A stretch of 64,000 nucleotides of DNA, taken from NCBI GenBank assembly GCA_965215125.1, contig OZ244052.1, positions 416,001 to 480,000 of the forward strand, given 5' to 3'. The translations under genes were made by a program, and so were the position numbers. Below the pieces are notes generated by a model. It was given only the letters and a program-made list of their open reading frames with translations. It did no database searches and had not been told where the DNA came from. The number at the start of each line of letters is the position of its first letter. The first letter of the stretch is position 1. Shown here one piece after another: positions 21,301 through 27,652 of the stretch. The stretch is from an uncultured candidatus Porisulfidus sp. GTDB taxonomy: Bacteria; Pseudomonadota; Gammaproteobacteria; Poriferisulfidales; Oxydemutatoraceae.

Positions 21301-23624
21301 TGTATCGCATCTCCGATATCCTGCCATAGCGTAGCCGACGGCAACTTGTACTGCCATTGATAACTAAAACTATTAGGATCGACGCCACCGTCGGGCTCCA
21401 TAGATGAATCGGCTTCGCTGATATCTGCAACCGTCAATATCCCCTCGCGATAGGTCGGAGCAGCTAAAACCTTTATACCACTGCCGTTTGTTTTGACTAT
21501 CGTCAGCGTCGTACTTCGGGTTACAATTGTCCGACCGGCACGCACTTCCACTTGCAACACAACGGGGGTCCGGTCGACATCTCGGGAAACAAAATCGTCG
21601 GGTATGTCTATATCCAGTTCGGCTTGCCGAGTGTTTAAGTCTTTTAATAAATCGGGTTGCGTCGGTGAGACTTGACTCCAGCGATAACGCACTCGCCGCT
21701 GATCCGGCTCGGAGGTTGAAACACTCAACGCAATGCGCCGACCTTCGCTCACCCTATAATCCGAACGATCGCTACTAATCGTTGCTTGTAAGTCGGATCG
21801 ACGTATCACCCAAATCCGATAGTGCCTCGCTATCGTAATTAAGGTCGGCTCGGGGGCTACATTCAAAATAATCGATACCGCCTCGCCGTTATTCACCGAA
21901 GACAAACCGATTTTCTCGTCCTTAAGAATACTAATCGTCTGCGTGCTATTCGCTATCGTAGGGCTGAACCTTATCTCTGTTACACTATCGTCGCTTAAGT
22001 TCACACGATAATCAAAGGTCTGCGGATTAAACGCAGGAGATAAGCTCAACCCGTCTAATACAAGCAAACCCGAGAGCATGATGTGCTGACCCGACAATAG
22101 GTGTCCCTTTTCAGAACCCTCGCTATGTCTGAGTATCGGGTATTGTTCGCCGGTGCCGAACTCCCAATCGGCAACATCCCATCGTTCAAAGGTCTCGCCC
22201 GGTAGACCGGGAGCAGTCGGTGATTTTAGCTGTGCAGTAGTTCGCAAACTACCGCCGGCACTGAACGATATCCCGGTAGCCTCGCTATTCCAATAACTGT
22301 GTATTACACGCACCATGTCGGCATGCCTTGTTTGGTGTGCATAATTCCATGCTATCAACCCCCCGGCATGCTCACCGCTTGCGACAACCCGACCGTTTGC
22401 AAAACTGTCGGAGACGATGCCTTGATTACTGCCGACCAAACCACCGACTCTATGCACACCGCCTACATAACCGCTTGAGTATGTATTGCTTATTTGACCG
22501 CCCTCGTTCCAACCGACCAAACCGCCCACATCGCTATCGCCGTCTATGCGACCCTGCGCAAAACTATTGGTGATTTCACTATTCCTGTTCCAACCGACCA
22601 GACCTCCCGTATAAAGATTGCCCGAAACCGCACCGCTTGCCCGACTATCGGCAACTCTACCGCTGCGGTTATTCGCACCGGCCAACCCACCGCTATACGA
22701 ACCATCGCTTATTACTTTGCCTTCGGCATGGCTTGCACTAATCCGAGCATGGTTGAGACCGACTAAACCGCCGATATAATCACGCCCTTTTGCAGTCCCG
22801 TCGGCACGACTGTTTGTCAGTGCACCTCGAGAGTTAAGACCGACTAAACCGCCGACTTGGTTGACACCGGATACACTCGTATCGGCAACGCTATACCTAA
22901 TATGCCCTTCGTTATGACCCACCAGACCGCCGAGACTATGACCGCCACCCTCTACACGCTCAAGTATGACATCGCCGTTGAGTATCGTCCCGGCATTGGC
23001 ACCGAACAAACCGCCGACAGTGTTGCCCACACCGATTAGACGACCCCCTTCCACACCGATATAAGAAACACCCCCGGCGTTATGACCGGCTAAACTACCG
23101 ATGTATGAATTCCCTGTGATGTTGATTTGCGACAATACCAAATCGCTGATTTTGGCCGGCTTAGTCGTTGCCTTGAATAAACCGACATAATCCGACGGCC
23201 TGTTGATGTAAAGGTTGGCTATCGTATGACCGTTGCCTTCAAACCTTGCGCTAAAGAAACTCAGCCGATCGCCTATAGGCAACCAACCTAAACCACTCGT
23301 CCATGCTTCTTTGTTGATGATGTTGCGGTAGTCATCGGAAACATTGAAGTCTAGATCGTCGCGCAACTCGTAGCCGTTGCAACCGCTTTGCGGACACCCC
23401 GCAGTGATCTTGACTGCGTCAAAACTTTCTCTATAGCCGGTGCCGTCAAGCTGATAGCGAACTGCGTTCAAGGCGTCCAAGTCGCATAGCTCTATCAAGC
23501 CATCGTTATCTTGATCTATATCGGTTGTATAATTACATTGAAGGTAACGTTGCGCAATAGCAATATCCGAAAAAATCGCCGCAAGCAGAAAAATGCCACT
23601 TACAGACGAGCTAAACAATCTCAT
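6348..23624 (-). CDS. Giant secreted surface protein/adhesin (5758 aa) with 10 GLUG beta-solenoid modules, cadherin-like beta-sandwich and Ig-like spacers, and DxDxDG Ca-binding-like loops
   Basis: Sec-type signal peptide (...AIA|QRY). Ten modules, each with LEDLxAIR / YxLxxDLDF / WxPIG / GNGxTIxNL / GGLVG repeats / WDFGxxxQYP. Cadherin-like LSPxFxPxxxDY segments follow the modules. Ends NIRVFPEGLLR*. Confidence 0.9.
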   Translation of the reverse strand: MRLFSSSVSGIFLLAAIFSDIAIAQRYLQCNYTTDIDQDNDGLIELCDLDALNAVRYQLDGTGYRESFDAVKITAGCPQSGCNGYELRDDLDFNVSDDYRNIINKEAWTSGLGWLPIGDRLSFFSARFEGNGHTIANLYINRPSDYVGLFKATTKPAKISDLVLSQINITGNSYIGSLAGHNAGGVSYIGVEGGRLIGVGNTVGGLFGANAGTILNGDVILERVEGGGHSLGGLVGHNEGHIRYSVADTSVSGVNQVGGLVGLNSRGALTNSRADGTAKGRDYIGGLVGLNHARISASHAEGKVISDGSYSGGLAGANNRSGRVADSRASGAVSGNLYTGGLVGWNRNSEITNSFAQGRIDGDSDVGGLVGWNEGGQISNTYSSGYVGGVHRVGGLVGSNQGIVSDSFANGRVVASGEHAGGLIAWNYAHQTRHADMVRVIHSYWNSEATGISFSAGGSLRTTAQLKSPTAPGLPGETFERWDVADWEFGTGEQYPILRHSEGSEKGHLLSGQHIMLSGLLVLDGLSLSPAFNPQTFDYRVNLSDDSVTEIRFSPTIANSTQTISILKDEKIGLSSVNNGEAVSIILNVAPEPTLITIARHYRIWVIRRSDLQATISSDRSDYRVSEGRRIALSVSTSEPDQRRVRYRWSQVSPTQPDLLKDLNTRQAELDIDIPDDFVSRDVDRTPVVLQVEVRAGRTIVTRSTTLTIVKTNGSGIKVLAAPTYREGILTVADISEADSSMEPDGGVDPNSFSYQWQYKLPSATLWQDIGDAIQMRYQIPTVLSEINNIGYRVWLDYRDNQGYDHRIVSEPVSVMKVVEDDGFRDIYYLEDLNAIRNQLNGKYKLVRDLDFNSDASYRDPINKAQWTVADYGNDADTGWLPIGISKNRFTGIFNGDGHTIFNLQINRDDADYQGLFGALGSAASIRNIGLPNVRIEGRQYIGGLAGSNFGTIINSYANGSVLATSNVGGLVGLNGIASRVINSYADGDVRGNVFVGGLIGINRGSITNSYADGEVSGNSSVGGLVGTNQIAAAMVSNSYAVGRVQGSGGGLVAINGGSIRASYWNVEIGGVQNGHGSGQSTRQMQLPTASIGIYEEWDDADWDFGNSAQYPILKYAPGPDGDACGVPGLPQCGELISPRLRYGLRSLATADGVVLSPEFDIEAQNRSGIYIGSLRSTDNAIRLIPTTIEPTAPINFRIGDDKTVYDRIRSGETSKAISLSAIGMTRIHIEVQGTVTVGYTLYIDYQNTAEFTPINYLEDLRAIHRRPQASYKLARDLDFEDSESYLDPLNRIFWTVDNYQDAGDAGWVPIGNESEPFAGRFDGNGYTISGLQINRDDADNQSLFGVTTASAVISNIGLLNLKIEGGAKVAGLIGTNHGRVVNSYVSGSVVSKSMEGTAGGLVASNEHGDIIGSYALGQVSGFSSVGGLVGDNNGRIINSHGDSIVTPGLAGSRFGGLVGRNRSLIANSYASGKILTRSSIKGGLVGWNGSEAQIINGYATVSIVGAIAGGLVGYNLGAIKNSYAIGKLGGGSNTRGSLVGINASDASDAIIESYWNTDTIAAGSRNGMGQTSAQLQSSTPTMPTNSIYKDWDTDDWDFGTDKQYPTLKYAPGSDKAACGLSELPQCGDLISPGLRYGLRSLSAAGNARFFTPVDIEKLNQNNVYSITILNDRPIVRLIPVAMESTAHIHVIGDIRETLDSHDTSLPISLKNGEVKEVIIEVEGTRTVGYTLYLSYSGHRLIDADGDGLVDINYLEDLDAIRYQLDGSGYRANIGSDKITLGCPREGCRGYELLRDLDFNDVGSYRNAEENMGRWTGINNWFPIQGPFTAILKGNNKTIANLSVGTNGGLFATIGSDSRVAYIDGIGLTGVNIKGDVVAGIAASCKRCTISNSYVIGDIEGVAAAAGLVNTISATSDGHARISNSYFIGNLAVDGRSAVAGGLVGDVDSDLTITDSYVVGEIAGKHDDGFIGGLIGVRSSSAVEIGNSYASVSATKADVPQGLFGGNRDPSDQRAPTAKAIYLDKDISRTNVTLGESKRTVVLQSPTSATGIYTSWSGDNWDFGSDEQYPAVKYNLRADSTDSDAYCDAASTQNRPADCGTLLRHQGSLLRELKLSEGAGLSGPFAFTSFDYGISVNADRSTIRMLPTAFNAIASIEVFKDGTSIGETDSGEWTVPIPLNDTGDTVFSLVVKDGKRHSYRYRFVVDRLDIVVQSIDEDDDGFIDISNATHLNAVRHRMDGDAYQESETADAIYCSSGCIGYELTADIDLAGIGWQPIGSPSEPFTGLFRGNGYTISNLTIKANNTDNMGLFAAIGAGGRVENLGLVNVDIAGQSLIGSIAAFNSGTIINSYADGKLVDSGGGINVVGGLVGRNRLGKIVNSYAYVNIEATTGFVGGLVGEIQGGSIVNSYAGGDVRVNSGIAGGLVGTNGSGSSIVNDSYAAGDVQVDNGRVGGLVAVSSGEGTFNNSYYRKGAVISGIDSLVGIDKTAAALKAGVPSDDIYTGWDRADWHFGNAEQYPALLYAAGDDKDNRACETSPADMKLPTCGTLLPGQRTGLTRMELSKNAHLTPSFNPEIYDYDLVVDSGITFRITPTAYYDTDTITIDAGSLHSSTSSGQSSLFTLSDDLDGIVITVRSANQSMSTFYTIRVLHNIEVVDGLITIDYLEDLNLMRNPIERLSNVLEDCPIDTEDNMRRCKGYKLSRDLDFNDPGSYRVGRVNSMWTTGAGWQPIGNRSNPFGSLLNGNAHTISNLRIHDIPAGDIGLFGVSADGARIENIGLLAADINVNGQSNIGALVGENRGEIVSSYVIGGDVRGASYVGGLTGRNSGVIVNSYTNATVAGTNFVGGLAGGSQSGSRIYNSYAKGTVSGNEFVGGLVGLSQISILNSYADVAVIGSRSVGGLVGGASNSIISSYAIGKISGRSEGLIGSVRINFSAIQSYWDVGTSTVRDDNNNFNGIGKTTTELQTAAIGEGIYSRWHRNDWYSESGQYPVLRYTSATDIITRPACLEAEDADTALPVCGTWLPNQRIGLSNIARSNLPGQVLLLRPDFNSGIYDYELILKSDAREFSIIPYTFNPNAVIVVNDDSETNPRQELRSGKTLSLIIDNLNNFLLTLTVEDPLVSMTTQTTIYRFEVSKHPFITVNDIDEDNNGLIEVRSAEDLNAIRYQLDGSGYKASRDDMKITEGCPETGCEGYELAQDLDLSDAMRFAYWQPIGYIALNGDADECNHPSNRCFSGIFDGKNRTISNLRTDRSNIENVGLFAALADGAQVRNVNLADVEVGGRFGVGSLTAYNAGIINNSSVDGTVVGEHAVGGLVAYNVGRISNSYAYGAVSGGRIVGGLVARNESTGVITNSYSLSRVSGDTGIGGLAALNLGSIANTYASGGVEGVALIGGLIGDNGGSVRDSYATADIVCTGVPACTSYTVATGGLIGSNVGGIAVNSYWDIATSNLHESAGGVGKTTVQLQSGTGQSSDAGRVYYRWDDSDWHFGDVNRYPILKYTTNTESTLTGLQSYGLTSLTIAEVVTLSPNFDTTKLYYRIGVELDVNIKQLHLTPNALDEDATIRIVSDNGFDETVKTGTSSSAIVLRSTATTVISVEVSGARRIRYRFEVDYFSSGFEEDVDTDKDGLIDILTLEDLDAIRNALDGRSLRHQNADGVLIESAKGCPMTGCKGYELLRDLDFDNPAHYRAGSVNTAWTTGSGWQPIGTSLHPFTAIFKGNGYTISNLRVNRPDSDYIGLFGVLDGSKSDVVIEGIGLTGVDIVGGAHVGGLVGTNRAGDIRRSYVSGSVTTRGNGTSAMVGGLVGRNVAGSITESYAETQVKANLAAGLSVALAGGLVALNDNRSRIENSYAVGSVIGWETIGGLVAINQGSSEIINSYAVSRTIGIGEISTVGGLVAVNDAVVDDSYWDIEASGIASGAAGTSATTAVLRSSTPTSPINSIYKNWDADVWEFADANRYPELKAIADVPLLAPEGKSLLQSLTLSNNVQLFPSFHPLIFDYDLIAEAARMTEVQVDTTSTRVSTTIDIACRNGLICSSSIPTSFVLDGSHTPEITITTHNPDAGELSYNFLVRYHKLTVRRVTATTTTIVLLSLSVAEGEHVHLIASYDFGLSADSYRYRWPVDARNVVLDFTVPGDIVSKQDDSRVIRLTAEIDIDGVYISRTISLIVSKQNNDTADRIRLIEDNDKPYTYVVRLEREDGSDFVDRDGGLAETHIQWQRRRSDAEDWINVGSESTYTIPNEGAYQYRALATYEDNQGHREQLASRVIDYLDIDDDNDGLIEIRYLEDLDAIRYQLDGTGYKATESADKITTGCPLVNGAEKCRGYELMNDLDFTDDASYRTPNPSLLKNSWTVSDFRDASDLGWQPIGGVFNAVFNGNVYTISNMQINRSVGYQSNIGLFSIIGAVGRVKNFRLVDPTIKGLFGIKNVGGIAGRIERGGVIMNSHVVGDVEAGNTDKIITGDVGFGNGIGFIGGMVGWNKGFILNSYAKINVIAEDSGSPNTKRVGVGGLVGRNIDGGKVYNSYATGEVKGPCIVGGLVGNQFSTNSNELPKRSEIKNSYTTGNVETGFGTCVNSNDRVAGGLVGVNNNSTVENSYTLGEVSGGGTLSNLIARGSAPINSYWDSGTTNIGDDSTDRATIRLISALKPGTAETDVYYRWSTDDWHFGNAEQYPALKYGVGLDTANPGCDTNPGTALPSCDSLLSGQIPDALLLDSLSLSANSRDVRLTPNFMPSRFNYEAMIDAEIVPVAIKIAAGAGEGTVITIRKDHGSALTGQSDGTVQISAEDSFKLKVETLLGSNRGASYQVQVRLKYSPQPGILKIVNGSTPTELIKGNILSLSEGDVVRFDASKSFGQSNSRLDYRWSQVSGKTLLSGIQTTSTIEFTVPTDFVATDEDDSTVVLKLELSESNNPLTTVSREVPLLVRKINNGNAESSVKWISSNTLSAEDLSNDIDGGPLTDIGYLWSLEQNGRFVAIPGATRKSYTPLENARNAQYRLSISYTDGQGYRTNIHYDAPRFATIVNFVDKDNDGLIEIETLEDLNAVRYQPDGSGYRASSTTIMMTTGCPLVNGVEKCRGYELVRDLDFLDDASYSSTANKVAWTTAAAWQPIGDHTKPFTGIFDGNGFTIANLMIDRADRDYIGLFGVVEGTNAEIKRVGLIDVYVVGNQQVGGLIGLMERGRIVDSYVRGTVAGFSLNIGGLIGFVDSSVDIERSYTMANVVAKRADNVGGLVGFCQGNIRNSYAASNVTVTGFIVGNIGGLVGLGTGNIDNSYALGNVMVTGFIVRNIGGLVGFHAGNIRNSYAASNVTASGSDIGGLIGGGSTNPIRSYWKMDADNPIGSANSIATNLNYRGFTSDNLKAPVAAGTINRDAYYDWNTDQWDFGTADEYPALKYHDNTCGTSTPSPDCGRLLLHQRIGLRALKLEQNVGAGHLYFSPDFDPAVTTYTVSVHADASELRVTPIAANPDASIIADDRVLPTNDTDYSVSLDTSEPTSTVIRVATSNAAGMEAPVVYKLTINNNRLPRISINAPASIVEGETFALNAAIADPEGAELSYSLSMIPNLLSDIQRSTGTVVGRADLRYELNIPSDLLGEMQSINDVDIVLTVDDGLGVVDETVRLTIVKENNGVISVPAPTLNGFRYTIAGIDLSSDSDGTNPTPEIAYRWQKELLGSWLDIDGATDQSHTVEGIIGNRYRVLIDYTDKQGYRHRGLASPAMSAPQQFIYNVVRSRGVLRTSVVRSTDIFVNIRVFPEGLLR
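7690..7940 (-). repeat. Intragenic 90-bp (30-aa) tandem GLUG repeat duplication
   Basis: aaaccgac(c/t)aagccacctatattt..gacgataaatccggttacc.tcacattg occurs at 7741 and 7831; GNIRNSYAASNVT occurs twice. Confidence 0.8.
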
Positions 23625-23656
23625 AGGGCAGCACCTCTATCTATATACCCCCTCTT

Positions 23657-23729
23657 ATAATATTCCTCCTCGCTACCTTAAAATATTTCTATATTCCCCC
23701 TTTTGTAATAATATTCCTCCTTGCTACCT
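23657..23729. repeat. 51-bp-period direct repeat in the leader of the giant gene
   Basis: ataatattcctcct(c/t)gctacct at 23657-23678 and 23708-23729; each copy contains AGGAGG on the coding (-) strand. Confidence 0.7.
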
Positions 23730-23932
23730 AATCTAATTAAAAACAATACTGCTTTAACTAATATGTTATTAGAAAAATGTATTTCTCAATAGATACTTTT
23801 AGCATATTTTGCTTGTAAATACAAAATTATATACATTGAAATATCGGAGTAGGCAACCCCAAACTCTTAGTCAAATTCGCAGGTACCGATAAGGCGGTGC
23901 TTATGGTAATCGGAGTAGCTAACTAAAACCTC

Positions 23933-24739
23933 TTAGTCGAATTCGGTATCTTTCCAATGGCGCACTGCGCCGAAAACCTCGGCTTCGGTATTTAAGGCTC
24001 GGCCGGCGTAGCGTTCTGCCGCTTTTATTACATCGGGTTGATCGAAGCGCAGAAAAGGATTGGTTTCACACTCGTAGGCTAATTGCGAGGGTACCGTATA
24101 TTTCTTTGCCTTGCGCAGTGCTTTTGCTTCTTGCTCGCGTGCCGATAAATTTGCGTTGTCGGGTTCCACCCACTTTGCGAACTCAATATTATCGAGCGTG
24201 TATTCATGCGCACAATAGATTTCGGTTATAGGCGGCAATGTTTTTACTTTACTTAGCGATGCGTGCATCTGTAGCGGCGTGCCTTCGAACAAACGTCCAC
24301 AACCGCACGCAAAGACCGTATCGCCACAAAATAACCGCGGCACCACGAAATTCGAGGCGTCAACATAGTATGCGATGTGCGTCGCTGTATGACCGGGCAC
24401 TTCCATTACCTCAAAAGAGGCTTGCAGAAAATCAAGCGTGAAACGAGACTGTTCGTGCACCACATGTCGGACCATCGGAATACGCGGATCCTCCGGACCG
24501 TAGACTTGTACTGCCGGATAATGCTCCATCAGCCGCTCGACACCGCCGATATGGTCGGCATGGTGGTGGGTAATCAAAATTGCAGACAATTCCAGTGCAT
24601 TCTTTTGAAGTACTTCTAGCACCGGTACGGCATCGCCGGGGTCTACGATTGCCGCATGGTTATCGCCGTCCCCCGTTAACAGCCATAGATAGTTATCTGC
24701 AAATGCCGGAATCGCCTGCACATGCCACATAACCGTCAT
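23933..24739 (-). CDS. gloB: Hydroxyacylglutathione hydrolase (glyoxalase II)
   Basis: THHHADHIGG metallo-beta-lactamase motif, PGHT, FCGDTxFxxGCGRLFEG, CAHEYT, ETNPFLR. Confidence 0.95.
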   Translation of the reverse strand: MTVMWHVQAIPAFADNYLWLLTGDGDNHAAIVDPGDAVPVLEVLQKNALELSAILITHHHADHIGGVERLMEHYPAVQVYGPEDPRIPMVRHVVHEQSRFTLDFLQASFEVMEVPGHTATHIAYYVDASNFVVPRLFCGDTVFACGCGRLFEGTPLQMHASLSKVKTLPPITEIYCAHEYTLDNIEFAKWVEPDNANLSAREQEAKALRKAKKYTVPSQLAYECETNPFLRFDQPDVIKAAERYAGRALNTEAEVFGAVRHWKDTEFD

Positions 24740-24760
24740 GCCTTCTCTAGAAAACCACTC

Positions 24761-24982
24761 TTAGGATCTTTCTATCTTAACCGGCCGTTCGGAAACAATT
24801 GTTGAAATAGCGTGCTTATATACTATTTGTGAACTGCCGTTTTTTAGCAAAATAATGAACGAGTCATAAGATTCTATTTTGCCTTGCAACTTAATGCCGT
24901 TTACCAAATAGATCGAAACAGAAGTTTCTTCTCTTCTAAGCGCGTTCAAGAAAGGTTCTTGTATATTTTCCGCTTTTGCCAT
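24761..24982 (-). CDS. hfq: RNA chaperone Hfq (short, no C-terminal tail)
   Basis: [39 protein letters not shown]. Confidence 0.97.
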   Translation of the reverse strand: MAKAENIQEPFLNALRREETSVSIYLVNGIKLQGKIESYDSFIILLKNGSSQIVYKHAISTIVSERPVKIERS

Positions 24983-25092
24983 TTATTTTTCCTCCATTGA
25001 TTGTAGTTTTTGTTCTAGCCTTTCATTGGGTGTTTTCAGCAACCAGAAATTCTATAGCAATACCATATTGTAACATAGCTTAGCGTTTAGGG

Positions 25093-25977
25093 CTAGGAAC
25101 ATTTAACGATTGCAATACCTCTTAAAAAACTTTTATCGTTGGTATTAAAACTTCGGTCGTCGGACAGTGTATTTTCTATAGTCCATACTTTGCCGGTGCC
25201 GGATGCCGTCCATTGTATAGAGGTCACCGGTCGCCCGGATGGATTCCCTATATTGGCGGACGTTATATAAATTTTCGGCGAAGTGCAATTGGGTTTAGTA
25301 ATCGTATCACCGGCGCGAACGAGTTCGATGTTTTCCACCGTTTTACCCAAGCTGTGCTTTCGGCTTAGCTCAAAATCATCTCCTTGTGCCTTAGCGATGC
25401 CGACGATATTATGCCCATCTAGGTTCATATCGCCGGTCATCGCATGCGAACCGTCGAGCTTATAATAATCGTTTAATAGTTGTTTGAACACGGTGATGTC
25501 CGCCGGCAACGTCCAGTTGGATGTCAGGCTTTGATTACCGTTTGCTAAAAGCGACGGACTATTGATACTCGGTGTTCTAGTTCCGATATAATACGCCCAT
25601 GTCTCTAAGCTCCGAGGCATCTCCATGCCAATCGTGAATATTTTGTCGGTGCAGCGCATCGTATAACGCACCGCGGGAAACGGTGAATTTTGATCGACGC
25701 TCAACTCTTGCATCGTAGTATCGGCAAGTGCACCCACGCATCGGTTCGCATAGTCCGGCCAAGAACCGGTTTGTGCATAAACCGTTTGCGCTTGATTACC
25801 GATTAGCGTAATCTCCTCGACCAGCGCATCCGAGAGCTTTTGGTTTAACTCGCTAATGTCGGCTTCCAACTTAAACGCCGCATAACTGGAAACCAAAATT
25901 GATAATATAGCAACCGTGATCAAAGTTTCTATCAGTGTAAAACCGCATTGCTTTTTTATCTTATCGTCATGCAACAT
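25093..25977 (-). CDS. PilV-like minor pilin / tip adhesin
   Basis: Class III signal G|FTLIE; YYKLDGSHAMTGDMNLDGHNI and KPNC..PKIY segments resemble type IVb PilV; ends in Cys (VKCS). Confidence 0.7.
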   Translation of the reverse strand: MLHDDKIKKQCGFTLIETLITVAILSILVSSYAAFKLEADISELNQKLSDALVEEITLIGNQAQTVYAQTGSWPDYANRCVGALADTTMQELSVDQNSPFPAVRYTMRCTDKIFTIGMEMPRSLETWAYYIGTRTPSINSPSLLANGNQSLTSNWTLPADITVFKQLLNDYYKLDGSHAMTGDMNLDGHNIVGIAKAQGDDFELSRKHSLGKTVENIELVRAGDTITKPNCTSPKIYITSANIGNPSGRPVTSIQWTASGTGKVWTIENTLSDDRSFNTNDKSFLRGIAIVKCS

Positions 25978-25992
25978 AATCCCTGCTATGCC

Positions 25993-26490
25993 TCAATTAA
26001 TTAAATAATCGTTTAACCTTAGGGCACGACTACGCTCGGCTCGTATCATTTTTGTTAACGAGATTTCGTCTTTACTCCCGCTCAGGCTTCGCCTCTGCAC
26101 AGGATAGCCGGCGGATGCGATTTCGTCGGCGACGAGAAACTTGACTTGTATATATTTCTCGGCAAAGCGTATCTTAAAGTCATCTCTTGCATGACCGGTG
26201 GTTATTTGTGCGATCCGATCGGCAAGCACCTCGCGATCGCTACCCCGTGTTGCCGCCTGTAGCTGTTCGATATTCAAATCGCCGGTAGAACGAAAGCCTC
26301 CGATGTGTAAATTACGCGCATACACCGATATACTCTCGGCTTTTCGGTAATGTTCCCGAAACTCTAATTCCGCCAGTTGTAAATCTACATCGCCCATCGT
26401 GTGGGCAATCGTAATACCGGCCAAAACGGCAAGCACAGCAACCACGAGCAACACTTCTATCAGTGTATATCCGAATATTCTCGTGATCAT
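25993..26490 (-). CDS. Minor pilin / pseudopilin
   Basis: Likely start at 26490 (ATGA overlap with the upstream stop), giving MITRIFG|YTLIEVLLVVAVLAVLAG, a prepilin cleavage motif. Confidence 0.75.
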   Translation of the reverse strand: MITRIFGYTLIEVLLVVAVLAVLAGITIAHTMGDVDLQLAELEFREHYRKAESISVYARNLHIGGFRSTGDLNIEQLQAATRGSDREVLADRIAQITTGHARDDFKIRFAEKYIQVKFLVADEIASAGYPVQRRSLSGSKDEISLTKMIRAERSRALRLNDYLIN

Positions 26491-27641
26491 AACCGCACAC
26501 CCTCCAAACCCGAAGCATAAATCGGCAATAGAATGCCGGATAAAATCAGCGCGATGGCAGTCATCGCAACGACCATTCCGATAATATAAAAAGTGCGCGA
26601 GATAGCCGTTGCAAGCTGCGCTCTCTCTATATCCAACATCTGCGCAATTTGCTCCAACAAATGTATTTTTTCCGAAACGCCGAGTACCGAAATGCCTGCA
26701 CAACACTCTTTCAAACTAGAAGAAAAATATCGGCTGCTTAGTAAATCGCCGAATGTCTCTCCTGCTTTCCTCTGCACCGAAATACGCATAGCAAGCGATG
26801 TTCCGATAGTGGTTGCGAGCAGCTGTTCATCGTGTTCTATGTTCAGACCGGCGCGTTCCAAAATCAGCCAAACCGAGACCAAACGAATGGAACGCAATGT
26901 CTTCAAATAAGTATCAAAAACGGATACCGGCCACAGGTGCCTCAAATAATCACCGTATCTAAACACCGCACCCGTTGCCAACACTATCACCAAAGGCAAA
27001 CTCCACAAGTAATCGTGAGCATAATCTCCCAAAGCACTCAATATCAGCCCGGCAAAATTACGTTGTTTTATAATACCGGCTTCAATAACCGAATCCAAAG
27101 CCCCCGAGGTGCCTGCCGATACACCCAACAAAATTACCGCCGACGCAACAAATAACAGCAAACCACCGACGATTCCTTTGCGCGCCTTTTTATTCATCTC
27201 CATTTCTTTTTGTAAATTAGAGACGGCTTGTTTTATAACCGAGGTGATTTCCCCGCTTTGTTCGCCGGCGCGTATCACCGCAACGACAATGGGATTAAAA
27301 CGCAGAGCTTCCAATCTTTCACTCAAGCTGTAATTAATATCCAACGCCGTCGGGTGCCTTTTACTCATTTTCCGAATCGGTGTATAAGTTCTAAACAACT
27401 GCGCCGATTGGTCGGGAATACCGGAAATATAATAAGGTAGTAATTTCATCAAAAAAATCATTTGAGCTTCCAGTGAAATCTTTGTAGCCAACCCGTCGTA
27501 GTCCAGACATCTCCGGGCTTTTACGATACCGCTTAGATCATAGCCGGCCGCAGTCAGCGCGCGCTCGAGGTTCAATCCCGGGACAACGATTTCCCGTAAA
27601 TTGCCGTTTCCTCTCACTCGTTGAATTCGCCAAGCAAACAT
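26487..27641 (-). CDS. Type IV pilus/T2SS inner-membrane platform protein (PilC/PilR/GspF family)
   Basis: VIRAGEQSGEI GspF motif, three hydrophobic segments, C-terminal LLPIY. Confidence 0.85.
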   Translation of the reverse strand: MFAWRIQRVRGNGNLREIVVPGLNLERALTAAGYDLSGIVKARRCLDYDGLATKISLEAQMIFLMKLLPYYISGIPDQSAQLFRTYTPIRKMSKRHPTALDINYSLSERLEALRFNPIVVAVIRAGEQSGEITSVIKQAVSNLQKEMEMNKKARKGIVGGLLLFVASAVILLGVSAGTSGALDSVIEAGIIKQRNFAGLILSALGDYAHDYLWSLPLVIVLATGAVFRYGDYLRHLWPVSVFDTYLKTLRSIRLVSVWLILERAGLNIEHDEQLLATTIGTSLAMRISVQRKAGETFGDLLSSRYFSSSLKECCAGISVLGVSEKIHLLEQIAQMLDIERAQLATAISRTFYIIGMVVAMTAIALILSGILLPIYASGLEGVRL

Positions 27642-27652
27642 CGCCTTTATTT

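Noticed and set aside
719-23039. Dozens of short ORFs on the + strand and in alternate frames
   Set aside because: They are shadows of the two giant - strand genes; they recur in pairs only because the genes are duplicated.
1-23624. Diversity-generating retroelement behind the paralog variation
   Set aside because: There is no reverse transcriptase in the window, and the differences are block replacements and indels rather than adenine-specific substitutions.
25000-25400. Shufflon at the PilV-like gene
   Set aside because: No Rci recombinase, no alternative C-terminal cassettes and no repeated sfx-like sites; hfq follows directly.
26491-26706. N-terminal extension of the 237-aa ORF
   Set aside because: It overlaps the platform gene; the prepilin motif and ATGA coupling indicate a start at 26490.
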